39,723 nt of DNA from the UHGV virus genome UHGV-0092790, one strand, 5' to 3'. The notes under the pieces were generated by a model. It searched no databases and was not told the origin of the DNA. It saw only the letters and a program-made list of their open reading frames with translations. Positions within the stretch are counted from its first letter, which is position 1; the number at the start of each line of letters is the position of its first letter. The position numbers were made by a program, and so were the translations under genes. Source of the stretch: a virus. Shown in pieces: positions 18,201 to 28,300 of the stretch.

Positions 18201-19527
18201 CATGGAGGATAGTAATCCCTGTGTAGATTTATTCTCCACGGGGAGTACGACCGATTCAGACGCGCTTAATACAGGGGGATTTGACCCGATGAGATGGGAT
18301 TTATTCTCCACGGGGAGTACGACCGATTCAGACGCGCTTAATACAATTCTAGTCAATGGGTACTTCAAAGAAACGACTAGTAGTGAACAAGTTACGATTC
18401 AGACAAAACCAGCTGACACTCAATCCTGGGCATCAAAATTTTATTTTACCTTCGATGACGCTTCTGTTTTCAATAATCCGGCGGCTAATGGTAGCTCTGT
18501 TGAGATAACAGCATTCCTTTTTGAGAATCAATATGACCCTTCTCTAAGCCAATTACCCAAGGGGCCGTTTTATTTGTTTGTGTACGATTCAGAGACACAA
18601 GCATTATTAGCTCGCTCAAACAACTCGGTAGAGCTTCCTGACGATAAGAACCAGCTTCCTATTCTTGAGTTCCTGTTTAGCGGATTAACTGTAAACGCTA
18701 ACCAGAAAATAAAGGTTTTCTTCTCAAGCAATGAATCAGCCTCCTTTGAAGGGAATGAAGAAATATTACAGGTTTCCTGTTTTAGTGATTCTACCCATGA
18801 GACGGAATACGGATATTTCCCGTATATGGATGTCCGCACAACTGTATTGAATTCCAAGATTGAATATGACGAAACCAAGCCTGTTTATCTGGATGTCATA
18901 TCGGCAGTTGGTGAAACGACAACAGGTTATTGCTTTGGCGGGAATGATATAAATAATAATTATTCTTATTATCGTCCATCACCAGAAGGGGAAGGCTTTT
19001 TTTCCCAAAGCAAAATTGTGTTCAATGTTACAGGAGAAATTGAATCGCAAAAAGGGGAAGTCCCAAACGCTGGATTTGTTGGTAGCCCAACTTCGTTGAC
19101 CAGTGTTTTCCCTAACTTCGTTTTCGGGCTTCACATCTTTTCAGAGTTTGTGTCGATGCCGATGGGGAATGCTAACAATTACGTCATCCCGGCAACCACC
19201 ACCAAGATTAGCCAACTGCGCTATCAAGTATCACGGGATGAGGGCAACGACGTAACTCCTTCATCTTCATTTCTTAGTGATGACGGTCTGGCTTATGGTG
19301 CGCCAAGGATTCAGGCCACAGTTCAGGCATTGGACTATGATGCCCCGATAGCTATGGAAAAGAGCACTTCCATGTCGGTATCAACAAACTTGTCTAACGG
19401 GAGAGACCATATTGTATTGAGTGGACAAAGCTCTACAGATACAAGACTGTACTTTTCCTTAGATGATGCTAAAAAGGTGAACGTATTAGCGGCGTATATT
19501 CTGTATGATTCCACTATCATTAGCTGA
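15235..19527 (+). CDS. large tail protein (1430 aa), a candidate nozzle, tailspike or receptor-binding protein
   Basis: A very long ORF in the structural module. It is rich in Gly, Ser, Thr and Asn and contains a perfect internal tandem duplication (see the repeat at 18226-18345). Confidence 0.5.
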   Translation: MASNTRQFQMQLNFNGGQVSENFTPRVDMQKYQTSCSVIRNFIPRQFGMLKRRPGFGFVDSFKNPFRILKFPCTNNEEYIVCVHSDNKYESGGCKPFATIYQCGYFGDQTRRWEVNLDIDPVFMPGVNGWTADSSSERHGRFWDTDLAKIKYVSQNDKMWIVHPDFFPLELTRTAKPVQLQQTSMAEDKYVVEFDTSSNTNLSTKNSLCFGLYGVNRLNAKTQPFFTLNFKDNKSIAFGFSGSGADTKWAITTSDGVVHQLENIGVSSDQTVDFSDFNKNTPINIYCFLTWRGNKLYASIGCNNSYGTLGLYKYSSSEVEVDSSLGNLLSFVIGGTPGSSTDAQSYVSFKETFSAGSDFSGIGIKVNFGQGDVPDKSFNNNDHRTSLIMAQMFGDTSSVFKLNDYQIQQYNNSVFPIKRIYESGTNIYTEETVIEFKLTTMDFLNYPKSDDYYIRDKSQGTNPDSPMFCRNHETCPDIPYYVYEDTSFPLNTINAVFGDRYFLSDGSVPQLTGNDGTQIAEWLKEYTPGDIVIGSCLMNKTDGVLNGNIYNFSTGSNVGIPINFFRMANIVCRYVRGDWTLRTDAEVATNKGVLVSYLENSKVFSGYPSGGGYTVFRINNNWFSQPRKLSMSGSNTPGVFVGLVYIGENGTVSTDTGDAGQSIEVDNSSGAYHTDIPFSVWPNQKRLTSTTTDATVFQNLTIMPLMYAPVLDVIFENFSSNFGRGNYQITQTNISATNYYSAKFNDLVKCAFSVEKGYPSCISLRNGRLILASTKSQPQTIWASRVDRYNEFSVDDMADSGWDLTIGANQSQKIQWLSSSKDLIVGTDIGEWVLNDSDSSNPVPIIKEQSRWGSSVAQGELMTESLFFIPRDKKGVIQTIYSFQIDGYTAEDVTIMASDLFDYGITSHSIQKDPDPIWWGTTGDGRLLGLLYNRVQDINGWFQCDIQGCDINQVCCYNNTVKGEEGLAVSIQGEGGSNLVNANQYFLAFMEDSNPCVDLFSTGSTTDSDALNTGGFDPMRWDLFSTGSTTDSDALNTILVNGYFKETTSSEQVTIQTKPADTQSWASKFYFTFDDASVFNNPAANGSSVEITAFLFENQYDPSLSQLPKGPFYLFVYDSETQALLARSNNSVELPDDKNQLPILEFLFSGLTVNANQKIKVFFSSNESASFEGNEEILQVSCFSDSTHETEYGYFPYMDVRTTVLNSKIEYDETKPVYLDVISAVGETTTGYCFGGNDINNNYSYYRPSPEGEGFFSQSKIVFNVTGEIESQKGEVPNAGFVGSPTSLTSVFPNFVFGLHIFSEFVSMPMGNANNYVIPATTTKISQLRYQVSRDEGNDVTPSSSFLSDDGLAYGAPRIQATVQALDYDAPIAMEKSTSMSVSTNLSNGRDHIVLSGQSSTDTRLYFSLDDAKKVNVLAAYILYDSTIIS
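18226..18345 (+). repeat. perfect 48-bp direct repeat (18226-18273 and 18298-18345) with a 72-bp period, inside the 1430-aa gene
   Basis: Read directly: gatttattctccacggggagtacgaccgattcagacgcgcttaataca occurs twice. It encodes DLFSTGSTTDSDALNT twice, 24 aa apart. Confidence 0.9.
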
Positions 19528-20416
19528 CACAGGCGGCCTAACCGCAGATGGTTTGTTGCCATTGACAGGCTTCCCCTCATGGATGTGGGGAAGCGACATT
19601 CTTAATGGTCAACTCTGGGGTGGAACAGAAATAGCAGAGCCAGCTTACAACGAAATTTGGACAGACCCTACGACTGGTGTTACGAATGCGCTCCTACCTT
19701 CGTTGACTGGATTGGAGCCAATGAACGGCCTGTATGATATTGATTATCAGATAGGTTATCCTGAAATGCCCCAGCCGCCGACATATAACCCTAACACAAG
19801 TTATTTATCATCAACGGCTTCAATAGATACGTCAGCTGGGTTCGAGAAGTCTAGTCCCAACAAAATAGCATGGGATGACACGTTTGACCCGTTCGGCTTC
19901 AACTCTGCAACGCTTAAAGGATTTGGTAGTGTTCTTTCGGATGTATCGTCTTCCTTGAGCAAGAAGAGGACATATGCCAACTATGTCGCCAGTTATGAGA
20001 ATCGGGCACAGGCGTTAAGGAATCAAGCCGAGTCAGCATACAGGATTGCCGGAATAAACATGTCTCGCCTTCGAGGGAATCAGGCGAAATACCTAGCCCA
20101 GCAAAGGGTGTCAGCAGTCAGGACAGGCTTCGCCCCGACTTCCGGTTCCATAGGCGCTGTACAACAGGCGACAATGAGCCAGTTCGAGCAACAAATAGCT
20201 GATGCTTGGGTGGAAGCGGAACAAAAGAGGCAGAACACAATGTATCAAGCAAGCGTTGCTGATTGGCGGGCAAGCGAAGCCCGGAAGGCTAGCAAGCGCT
20301 CATCCGGTGGATTCCTTGGCTCGCTACTTGGCTCTGGTGTGGGAGCTTATTTTGGAGGCCCCACCGGAATGGCGATAGGTTCTAAGATAGGTTCATCCAT
20401 AGGAGGGTTATTTTAA
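19505..20416 (+). CDS. putative internal virion or ejection protein (303 aa) with a C-terminal glycine zipper
   Basis: The C-terminus reads SSGGFLGSLLGSGVGAYFGGPTGMAIGSKIGSSIGGLF. Its position between the large tail protein and two further large proteins parallels T7 gp14 and P22 gp7. The true start may lie downstream of 19505, which overlaps the preceding gene. Confidence 0.4.
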   Translation: MIPLSLADTGGLTADGLLPLTGFPSWMWGSDILNGQLWGGTEIAEPAYNEIWTDPTTGVTNALLPSLTGLEPMNGLYDIDYQIGYPEMPQPPTYNPNTSYLSSTASIDTSAGFEKSSPNKIAWDDTFDPFGFNSATLKGFGSVLSDVSSSLSKKRTYANYVASYENRAQALRNQAESAYRIAGINMSRLRGNQAKYLAQQRVSAVRTGFAPTSGSIGAVQQATMSQFEQQIADAWVEAEQKRQNTMYQASVADWRASEARKASKRSSGGFLGSLLGSGVGAYFGGPTGMAIGSKIGSSIGGLF

Positions 20417-20418
20417 TC

Positions 20419-22371
20419 ATGGCGATCATCGATACTAGAGACATAAGACTGGGTGTCAGTAGTGCGAACAAGGAGGGGTTGTTGCCTTCTCCTTCAAGCC
20501 GTTATTTGCGCTCCACTTATGATGCGGCCAGATATGTTCCTATTGGAAATGAGTTCGACAAAGAGAGCCGAGTAAAGGAGCTTGGAGACCTTGGAGAAGG
20601 ACTCACAATGTGGTCGAAGGCGCAAGCGGAAGTCGAGACAACGAACGACAGTATTCAGTCACGGCGCATGCAGGCAGAGTACATGGAAGCTTCCACACAG
20701 GTTTTCAATCAGCTTCAAAAAGACCCCAGCACGATGAACAATCCTGCGGTTTGGCTGGACGCCTATACGGAGGAGATGACATCAAGGGCGGCAGAGATTA
20801 ACAACAAGTATGCCAAATCGTTTTATGTTGGGCGCAATCAGATGTTGTCCAATGAAAGGCTCAACCTGTTGCTGAAAGAGGAGAAGAACAAGGTGGGCCT
20901 GATGGCGGCAGACAGAATATCAAAGATGGCCGCAGACGAAACTAATGCGGCGTTCAAGATTGCTGTGGCCAACAGGGATTTCGGGTTGGCTAGGGAGATA
21001 AATAAAAGCCCCTACCTAACACCTGCGGAAAAGATGTTGAATGAGAATGGAATTGTTCAAGCCCAGACACAAGACATCATCCAGCAGGAAACATTGAGGA
21101 ATCCTTGGGGTGTGCTGGAAGAGGTGAACAGGGATGGCGCTGTACAGCGTCGTGAATTGACCTACGAGCAACAGCAGTACGCATTGAACCAAGCGCAGGG
21201 CCGGATAAGCATGATTCAAAAGCAATCGTATGACTCTCTCGTACAGAAGTTTTTGTTCAACCCGGAAGAGTTTGAGATGGATGTCGCCAAAAAGCTATTG
21301 GACACCAACCAGCTGACGACCCAGCAATATGTCAACCTCCTCAACATGAAGAAGACCATGAGCGCCAAGATTGAGCCGACTCCAATGCAGTTTGCGGCCA
21401 TGTCTAATTGGGCGGTCAAGCTTTCAGAGGATTATCACAAAGAGTCGCCAGAGGGACAGGCCAATATCCTCTCCCAAGCTGAACGGCTTCTTGAGCGGAT
21501 GAATTTCAGCACCAGCGACAAGAACTCATTGCTCAAGCTTGTAACACAAAAGATTTCCCCGGAAACGTTCAATCAGGCTGACAAGTTGGTAGAGAAATTT
21601 TGGGATAACGGCCAACTACCTCTGACCAAGACAGCGGATTACACCGGGACCCAAGGAGGAACTACTCCGATTTATTTGACGGAGGGAGAGTTTAATACCC
21701 AGTTCAAAGAGAGGAAGAACCAGTTTTTCTTAGACAAAAGCAGGACATACCTAGACCCGAAAACGGCAAAAGACAGGTATGCGGTAATGGAGTATGTGCC
21801 GGACTCGAACAATCTGTTCCTGCAAGAAAAGATAAAAAGCGAAGTTCGTTCCGTCCTTTCTGATAAGATTGCTGAATATAGGGCAGAACACAATGGGAAA
21901 TCTCCTACCGGACAAGAGCTTTATGAGCTTGTTTTTTTCGCACAAGAAGAGGCGTTCTCCCGGAATAATATCAGCAGTATTGACCCATTATCTTCTGCCT
22001 CTGTTTATCCTTCTGGACAGCAAGACAGAGACGAAAGAAAGGCGACATTTATTCCGAACAACGTTAGAGTGTCGGCTATATCGAATAAAGCTTCTATAGA
22101 TATTCCGACTAATGGTGCTTTTATTGTTTGGGCCGGAAGTAACTCTTTCATTACAAACGAGAAAGACTACTTGAGCATATATAAACGGGCCGGGGCGCCC
22201 CCTCAAGGATTTATCGTAGCAGATGAATCTTTCCTCCAAGCTCCACACAAAGATTTAATGGATGTGCAAGCTATGATTTCGGCCAAAGCGATAGCGGCGA
22301 AAGCTGGATTAGATGCACAAGGAGAGCAGGGAATTTATTGTGCATTGCTTTCCTATTGGAATAATTTATAA
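20419..22371 (+). CDS. putative internal virion or ejection protein (650 aa)
   Basis: A helical, Q/E/K-rich protein. By synteny it corresponds to T7 gp15 and P22 gp20. Confidence 0.4.
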   Translation: MAIIDTRDIRLGVSSANKEGLLPSPSSRYLRSTYDAARYVPIGNEFDKESRVKELGDLGEGLTMWSKAQAEVETTNDSIQSRRMQAEYMEASTQVFNQLQKDPSTMNNPAVWLDAYTEEMTSRAAEINNKYAKSFYVGRNQMLSNERLNLLLKEEKNKVGLMAADRISKMAADETNAAFKIAVANRDFGLAREINKSPYLTPAEKMLNENGIVQAQTQDIIQQETLRNPWGVLEEVNRDGAVQRRELTYEQQQYALNQAQGRISMIQKQSYDSLVQKFLFNPEEFEMDVAKKLLDTNQLTTQQYVNLLNMKKTMSAKIEPTPMQFAAMSNWAVKLSEDYHKESPEGQANILSQAERLLERMNFSTSDKNSLLKLVTQKISPETFNQADKLVEKFWDNGQLPLTKTADYTGTQGGTTPIYLTEGEFNTQFKERKNQFFLDKSRTYLDPKTAKDRYAVMEYVPDSNNLFLQEKIKSEVRSVLSDKIAEYRAEHNGKSPTGQELYELVFFAQEEAFSRNNISSIDPLSSASVYPSGQQDRDERKATFIPNNVRVSAISNKASIDIPTNGAFIVWAGSNSFITNEKDYLSIYKRAGAPPQGFIVADESFLQAPHKDLMDVQAMISAKAIAAKAGLDAQGEQGIYCALLSYWNNL

Positions 22372-22378
22372 ACAAATC

Positions 22379-25300
22379 ATGGAAGAGCTTTCAGAACAAC
22401 CCGAAGATTCTATCCTGTTGGATGAAATAAAGAAAATGAATTCGGGCCTCGCTTCTAATAAGGAGCAACCTGAAATAACAGAAGAGGATTTAGAAGCAAA
22501 TCCTCAAGCTTACTCTTCTGAACAAATTGAAGGGGTTTTAAGAAACAAGAGAAGTATTCGCACAAAGCTTGACGATTATTTAAGGATGTCGTCTAGCTTG
22601 CTTCCTACTACTCCACGAGAAGCCTTAGATGCCGTAGGGACATTGCGTGAGGAACTGCAAGCAAATGGTATAGACCCGGAGTATGAGAGGTATCGTGAGA
22701 AGATAAAAAGAAACGAAGATATAGTTTATTCGGTTACTAGGTATATCAATCCAACAACAGGCTTGTTTGGGGATGTTCCTGCACAAGATGTAACAAACAA
22801 TAAGCTGGAAAAAATACTTAGTGCTGAGCAAATTAGGGATTTCAATAATGCCCCGCAGTTTATGCGAGACAAATATGTTTTCAATCGCATTGTTGAAAAC
22901 TTTTTCCCGGAAGGGGAGATGGATAAAGGGTATGCACTAGAACTCCTGAAAAAGCATTATCAAACCGACTCCATGCACGGAGTTGTCAGCAAATACGCTC
23001 AAGAGCTTCAAAGGAACAAGGATGAGGAGGCAGCATACAATGAAGCCTCTACCAGATTTTTCGATTCCTTTATAGAAACAGGAGGCGATTACCAGAAAGC
23101 AATCGACAGCTTGGAAGGCAATCTAAACCTGTATGCGGAAAACATTTTCAACCAAGAACCTGCGCTTAAATACATTTACCAGCGTGCGTATAACTCCGTC
23201 TCATGGATTAAAGATGAATACATAGAGAGCGGAGAGCTGGATTGGGACAAGATGGCAGACAGGTTGTTGAAGCTTGGGGAAGGAGAGACGTTCTCTCTAG
23301 CCATTCAGATGCTTCCCTACATGTTGCCCAAAGACAACCGGACATGGCTTGTACAGGCGATTGACGATACAGCTTCTGATATTAGCGGATTTACGAGGCT
23401 GATGCTTTCCGGTGGAGGAGATAATGCCAAAGCCGAGCGTCTTGCTTTGGCTATCCAGCAGGAGTATAGGATGGGACGCGACTATCCTACTTCATGGGTC
23501 GGAATGTTCTTTAAGGGTGCTGTTGAACAAGTACCCAAAATCACAGCAGTAACTGCCAGCACTATTGGGGCAACGGCGGCGTCAGGAGGCAATCCGGCCG
23601 TTGGGTATGCAACAGCTACAGCAGTAGGTTCTATGGTTTATGGTTCAACTGTAGCATTGGAGGCATATAGAACAAACTCATCTAAAGCTGGTTCTGTAGC
23701 GTATGGTTTATCGGTTGGAGCCTTAGAAGGTTTATTGGAAAACGCAGTAATAAAGATGGGCGCGTTAGCGGCCAAGGGAGCCAAATCTGTTGAAGTGGGA
23801 AGCAAGTTAGCAACCACATACAACAAATTACCCGGAACCGTAAGAGCCGCCGGGGCGGGCGCACTTTCTGAATATGTACAGGAAGTTTCCGCAGACCCTA
23901 TTTATATAGGCTTGGAAAATTTGATGCGCTCCGCAGGTTTTGACCTTACACAACAAAACACCTTGAGCAACTGGTGGGAGACTTTGGATTTAACACAACC
24001 AGAGCTTTTAGGGGCCACAGTGTTGCTTGGCGGTTCATTAGGAGCCGTAGGCGGTTATCAGGCAAACCACCTTATCAATAGAGTAGGAAGAAGCGCAGAA
24101 GCTCTTACAGCCTTAGGAATCCCCCAGACGGAAGCAACAGCTATTGCTAACATGCCAGATGGGAAAGAGCGCACCAATCGTCTGACAGCGGCTCTTCGAG
24201 ACAACAAGGTGAGTTCTGATGTCCAGATAACACATCAACAGGCAGGAGTGTTCCTGAACTTTTTAGCGAAGAATGCAGAAAGATTTAAGGATGTGGAGCT
24301 TATGCCTAACATCACTGATAATGGTGATGGAACCTTTAATGTTATCGAGAAAGACCCGGTAAGCGGTGCAGAAAAGACAACGACTGTTACAGATGAAATT
24401 GCTGGCACATTCATGTCTCAAGCGTTGCAGTCAAATCCGGGATTTATCAGGGCATTAAATATTTTCGCCCAAGAAGAGATAGAGTCAGGGGTGGGCAAGG
24501 AGACGAAGATAAAGAGCTATACTCCTGACGAACTCCGAGCAAAAATCCAATCCACAGAAGACAACAATGCAACTATAGCACGACTTAGGGCTTTGGCTGT
24601 AATTAACCAAGACCCAGAATTGTTGCAGAGTTTTCGTGATGGGAAAGTAAGTATTGAAGATGTAGCAAATGAGCTGGAAATTGTATCTGCATATAGAGAT
24701 GGCACGATTGCTGTTGCGAGGGGTGAAGCGAATCCTCTCAATATTCTGGAAGAAATAATTCACGCCCGTGCAATATCCGATTTGGAGAGCGGCGTTATTT
24801 CTCGAAGCGTCATTGAAACACAGGTAAGGAATTACTTGGAGTTCTTGGGACGTAGTGCGGAAGAGATAGGGGATTTGAGCAATGACGTTGTGTTGCAGGA
24901 ACATTTGGCGAATATGGGGAAGGCTTTGGCAACAACGCCGGAACTGTTTTCCGCAATGCCCGGCAATGTTCAAACAATCCTTGAGTGGCAGAAGGACGCT
25001 ATAGCGGAAGTTGGGAATGTCTTTGCGGAAGGCGCTCTGATAAAAGAGGCCATTGAGCAGGGCATTGTCTCTCCCGATTTTGTCAAGTGGTCTAAATCTT
25101 TGGCGACTATGGCCGAACGTCGTGACGGTCAGGATATGGCAGAGCTTGTCAATGGTGCGACCGGAGAAAGCATTTTGCCAATGGGCCAGAGCCTTCCTTC
25201 CGTGAGGAGGCGTGGAACCATTGATGTAACTCCTTCTGTAAGAACCATTAATGAAGCCATATCAAACATAGTCAATGGCGCATCGGAAAGGTCTATAGGC

Positions 25301-28300
25301 CAGCTCCACAAATTGCAGAGGAGCATGATAAAGCTTTCGGAAAGGTTTTCTCAAGGGAAGCTGACCGAACGAGGACAACAGAAAGCGTTACTGAATTCTG
25401 TTCTCTCTATCGCTAATGCAATGGCTTCCGGTAGCCGGAAGTTTATCTCCAACCAGCTTGCCGAAAGGCTTGCGAATCCCAAGAGCAACGAAGCGTTTAA
25501 TGCGGACATGAAGACTGCATTGGATGCCACAGTAGCGGCCTTGAACGAAAGAGCGGAGGCGGCGAGCCGGAAGCAGTTGGAGCGCATTATTCAGGACGAG
25601 ATAAACAGGAGGGTTGAGCAAGCGGACGCTAAAGCCAAGAAGGATTTCAACAGGGAAATGAAATTCCTCCGGGGTTTAATCTCCAAGGAAATAAGGAAAG
25701 ACATCAAGGAGGAAAGAGCGGAGGCGGCGGCAGAGAAGAAGCTTGCCAGTAAAAGCATACAGAGCTTGCGAAGGCTTGCCGAGAATGCTTTTAAGGACAC
25801 CAAGGGGCGCTCCCGTTCTTTGGATGCACAAGCCAGAGAGGAGACTATGGATGCCCTTGAGGTTATGGCTATGTCTCCTTCCGAAGTTGCAACCCAGCTT
25901 GAAGTCTTGGATAGCACCATAGACGAGCTTCAAAACCAGCCTGCCACAGAAGAACTTACTCTGGAACTGGAAAATCTGGAAAACCAAAAGAATCTCCTTG
26001 AGGTGTTTGGTAGTGCGTTGTATCGGGAGAAGATGCCTAACGGAAGGTATAAGTATGCTCTCAATGCACAGCAACTTGCGGAAGCAGTTAAGACATTGAA
26101 GGAGCTACAGCGTGAAGGGCGACTCCGCAGGAAAAAGGTTAATGAACGTATTGAGCGCTTCTATAATGACTTTAACGCTAAAATCAATGAGCGAGTAGGA
26201 GGAGAGAAGAATCGTGATGCCCTTAGAAAAGCCGTAACGGAAAGGGACCAACGGGGGACGGGCTTTTTGGATAGAATCTTCACGCAATTCATGAGCCTTC
26301 AACAACTCCTCGAAGTGATGTCTTCCATGAAATCCTTTAAGGACATAGGGACATTCTTGCAGAACAACGTCCAATTCGCAGAGCAACAGCGAGGGGTAGA
26401 AAAAGAAAAGGCTACGTCCAATGCGATTCGCATCATGCGTGGAATGATGGAGATTGCAGGGCAGAACTCTCCAAGGTATTTTGATGAGCTTTCTACAAAA
26501 ACTATTCCCTTTATGGGGCATGAGCTAACCAAGTATGGCCTTGTCAAAGTCTATCAGACATTGAGAGAGAAGGATGGATTGGATGTATTGAGAGAAAACC
26601 TTGGAGACAAGGGGATGGATTTCGGCAACTATCGTAAGTACCAACAGGAGTTGGAGGGCTTAAACAAGAGCCTTGATGATGGCGCCATTACTTCCGAAGA
26701 GTTTGAGTCCAAGTTGGAAGCCGTTGAAGAAGAATACCTTGCGAGGAAGGAAAAAGATATTGCCAAGCTATTGGAACTGCTTGGGCCGGATGGGCTTTAC
26801 CTTGCTGACGAATTACAGAACCTGTATCGGGAAAAAGGCGAGAAGCTACGGGCGTTCATGGCAGAGAACTATGGCCAGACGGTTATCCTTGATGACTACT
26901 ATACGCCCCGCAATATTGCCGCCTATAATACAATGCAAGAAGGGGATATGGATGCTTACAGTAAGGGACACGTCACAAGGACGGGCTTGCCCTCTTACGC
27001 AAAGCACCGGAACACTCCCTCTTCGGCGGCGCTCTCTCTGGAAATAAACCCTCTTGGGGAATATCTTCGTTATAGCTCTATCATGGAGGGGTGGATGACA
27101 GCTTCGGAACTGGTCAACTTCAACAACCGGGTATGGGCTAATCCCACAACGAATGCACAGTTGCAGAAATTATTAGGCCCAGCCAATTTCGAGGCGGCAA
27201 ACAAAGCCCTGTATTACTTCATCAACGAGGGGCGTGTGTATGCCCAAAAGAGCGTGTTGGCAGAGGTAATGGGGAAAGTGTTCCAAGTATTGGCTAAGAC
27301 AAGGATTGCTTTCTCCTTGGCTTCTCTGGTGCGCTCTGGGGCGGCTTTGTTCAACCCTATCGTTGGTAGCAACTTCTCCATGATGGAAATTATCAAAGGC
27401 GTGGCAGAGGTGACAAGCGGGAACTATAAAGGTTTTACCCTTGAAGAGCTTCGTGACTTGGAGGCAATGAAGGAACGTAAGTACCGTGGATGGGAAGACC
27501 GTGTGCTTGCCGATAAGGCATTAAGCATTCCCCTAAAAAAACAAGCGCAATGGGGATATTGGCAGGAAGCGGGCATGAGCGGCCTTATGGCTTTTGACTG
27601 GTGGAGCATATCTTTTGTGAATCAGCTGACCTCCCACATGCTTGCTAATCGCGGTTTGTCGCATGAACAGATAAGATGGGAGCTTAACAAAAACATCTAC
27701 CAGACGGCACAGCCTTTATCTACCTCCGCTAAGGCTATCCACTTGATAGGTGGAAGCTCATTTGAGCAAGCCCAGTTCCTTTTCTTGTCTGACGTGATGA
27801 ACAAGTTCGGCCTAGTGATGATGCAAGGCAAAAAGGATGTTCCTTTCTGGGAGGCTTTTCAGGGAGCCTTTCGTGTTTATACTATTGCCGCTCTTGCTAA
27901 TGGTCTCTTCAACGGCTTGGCTACAGGTTTGTTTGGCGATAAAGACAAAGAGGACGACTTCATGAGCAACTTCTTATTGACTTCGGTATTGAGTCCGATT
28001 GTTTCTGTCCCTATGTTCGGCGGGTTTGCAGAGTGGTGCGCTTCCCTTATTAGCGGTGGTAAGCAATTCAGTCTGGGACGAGCCGATATGGCTGATTTGT
28101 CCAAATCAATTCAAGGCTTAGTCAGAAGTATTGTGAAGACGTATGAGACTGTATCGGAAAAATGGGACAAGGAAGGTGCTTTGACTACCAATGATTACAT
28201 TGATATGGTTTCCTATGTAGGCAAAAATATTGGGAGTGTCGCATCGGCTACCACAATATTTGGTACTTCTGGGCAGAGTATGACCAAAGCTCTAGAGATG

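Noticed and set aside
22313-22378. The track's start for the giant ORF, which overlaps the upstream gene by 59 bp.
   Set aside because: An ATG at 22379, 8 bp after the upstream stop, gives a non-overlapping start and a more plausible N-terminus (MEELSEQ...).
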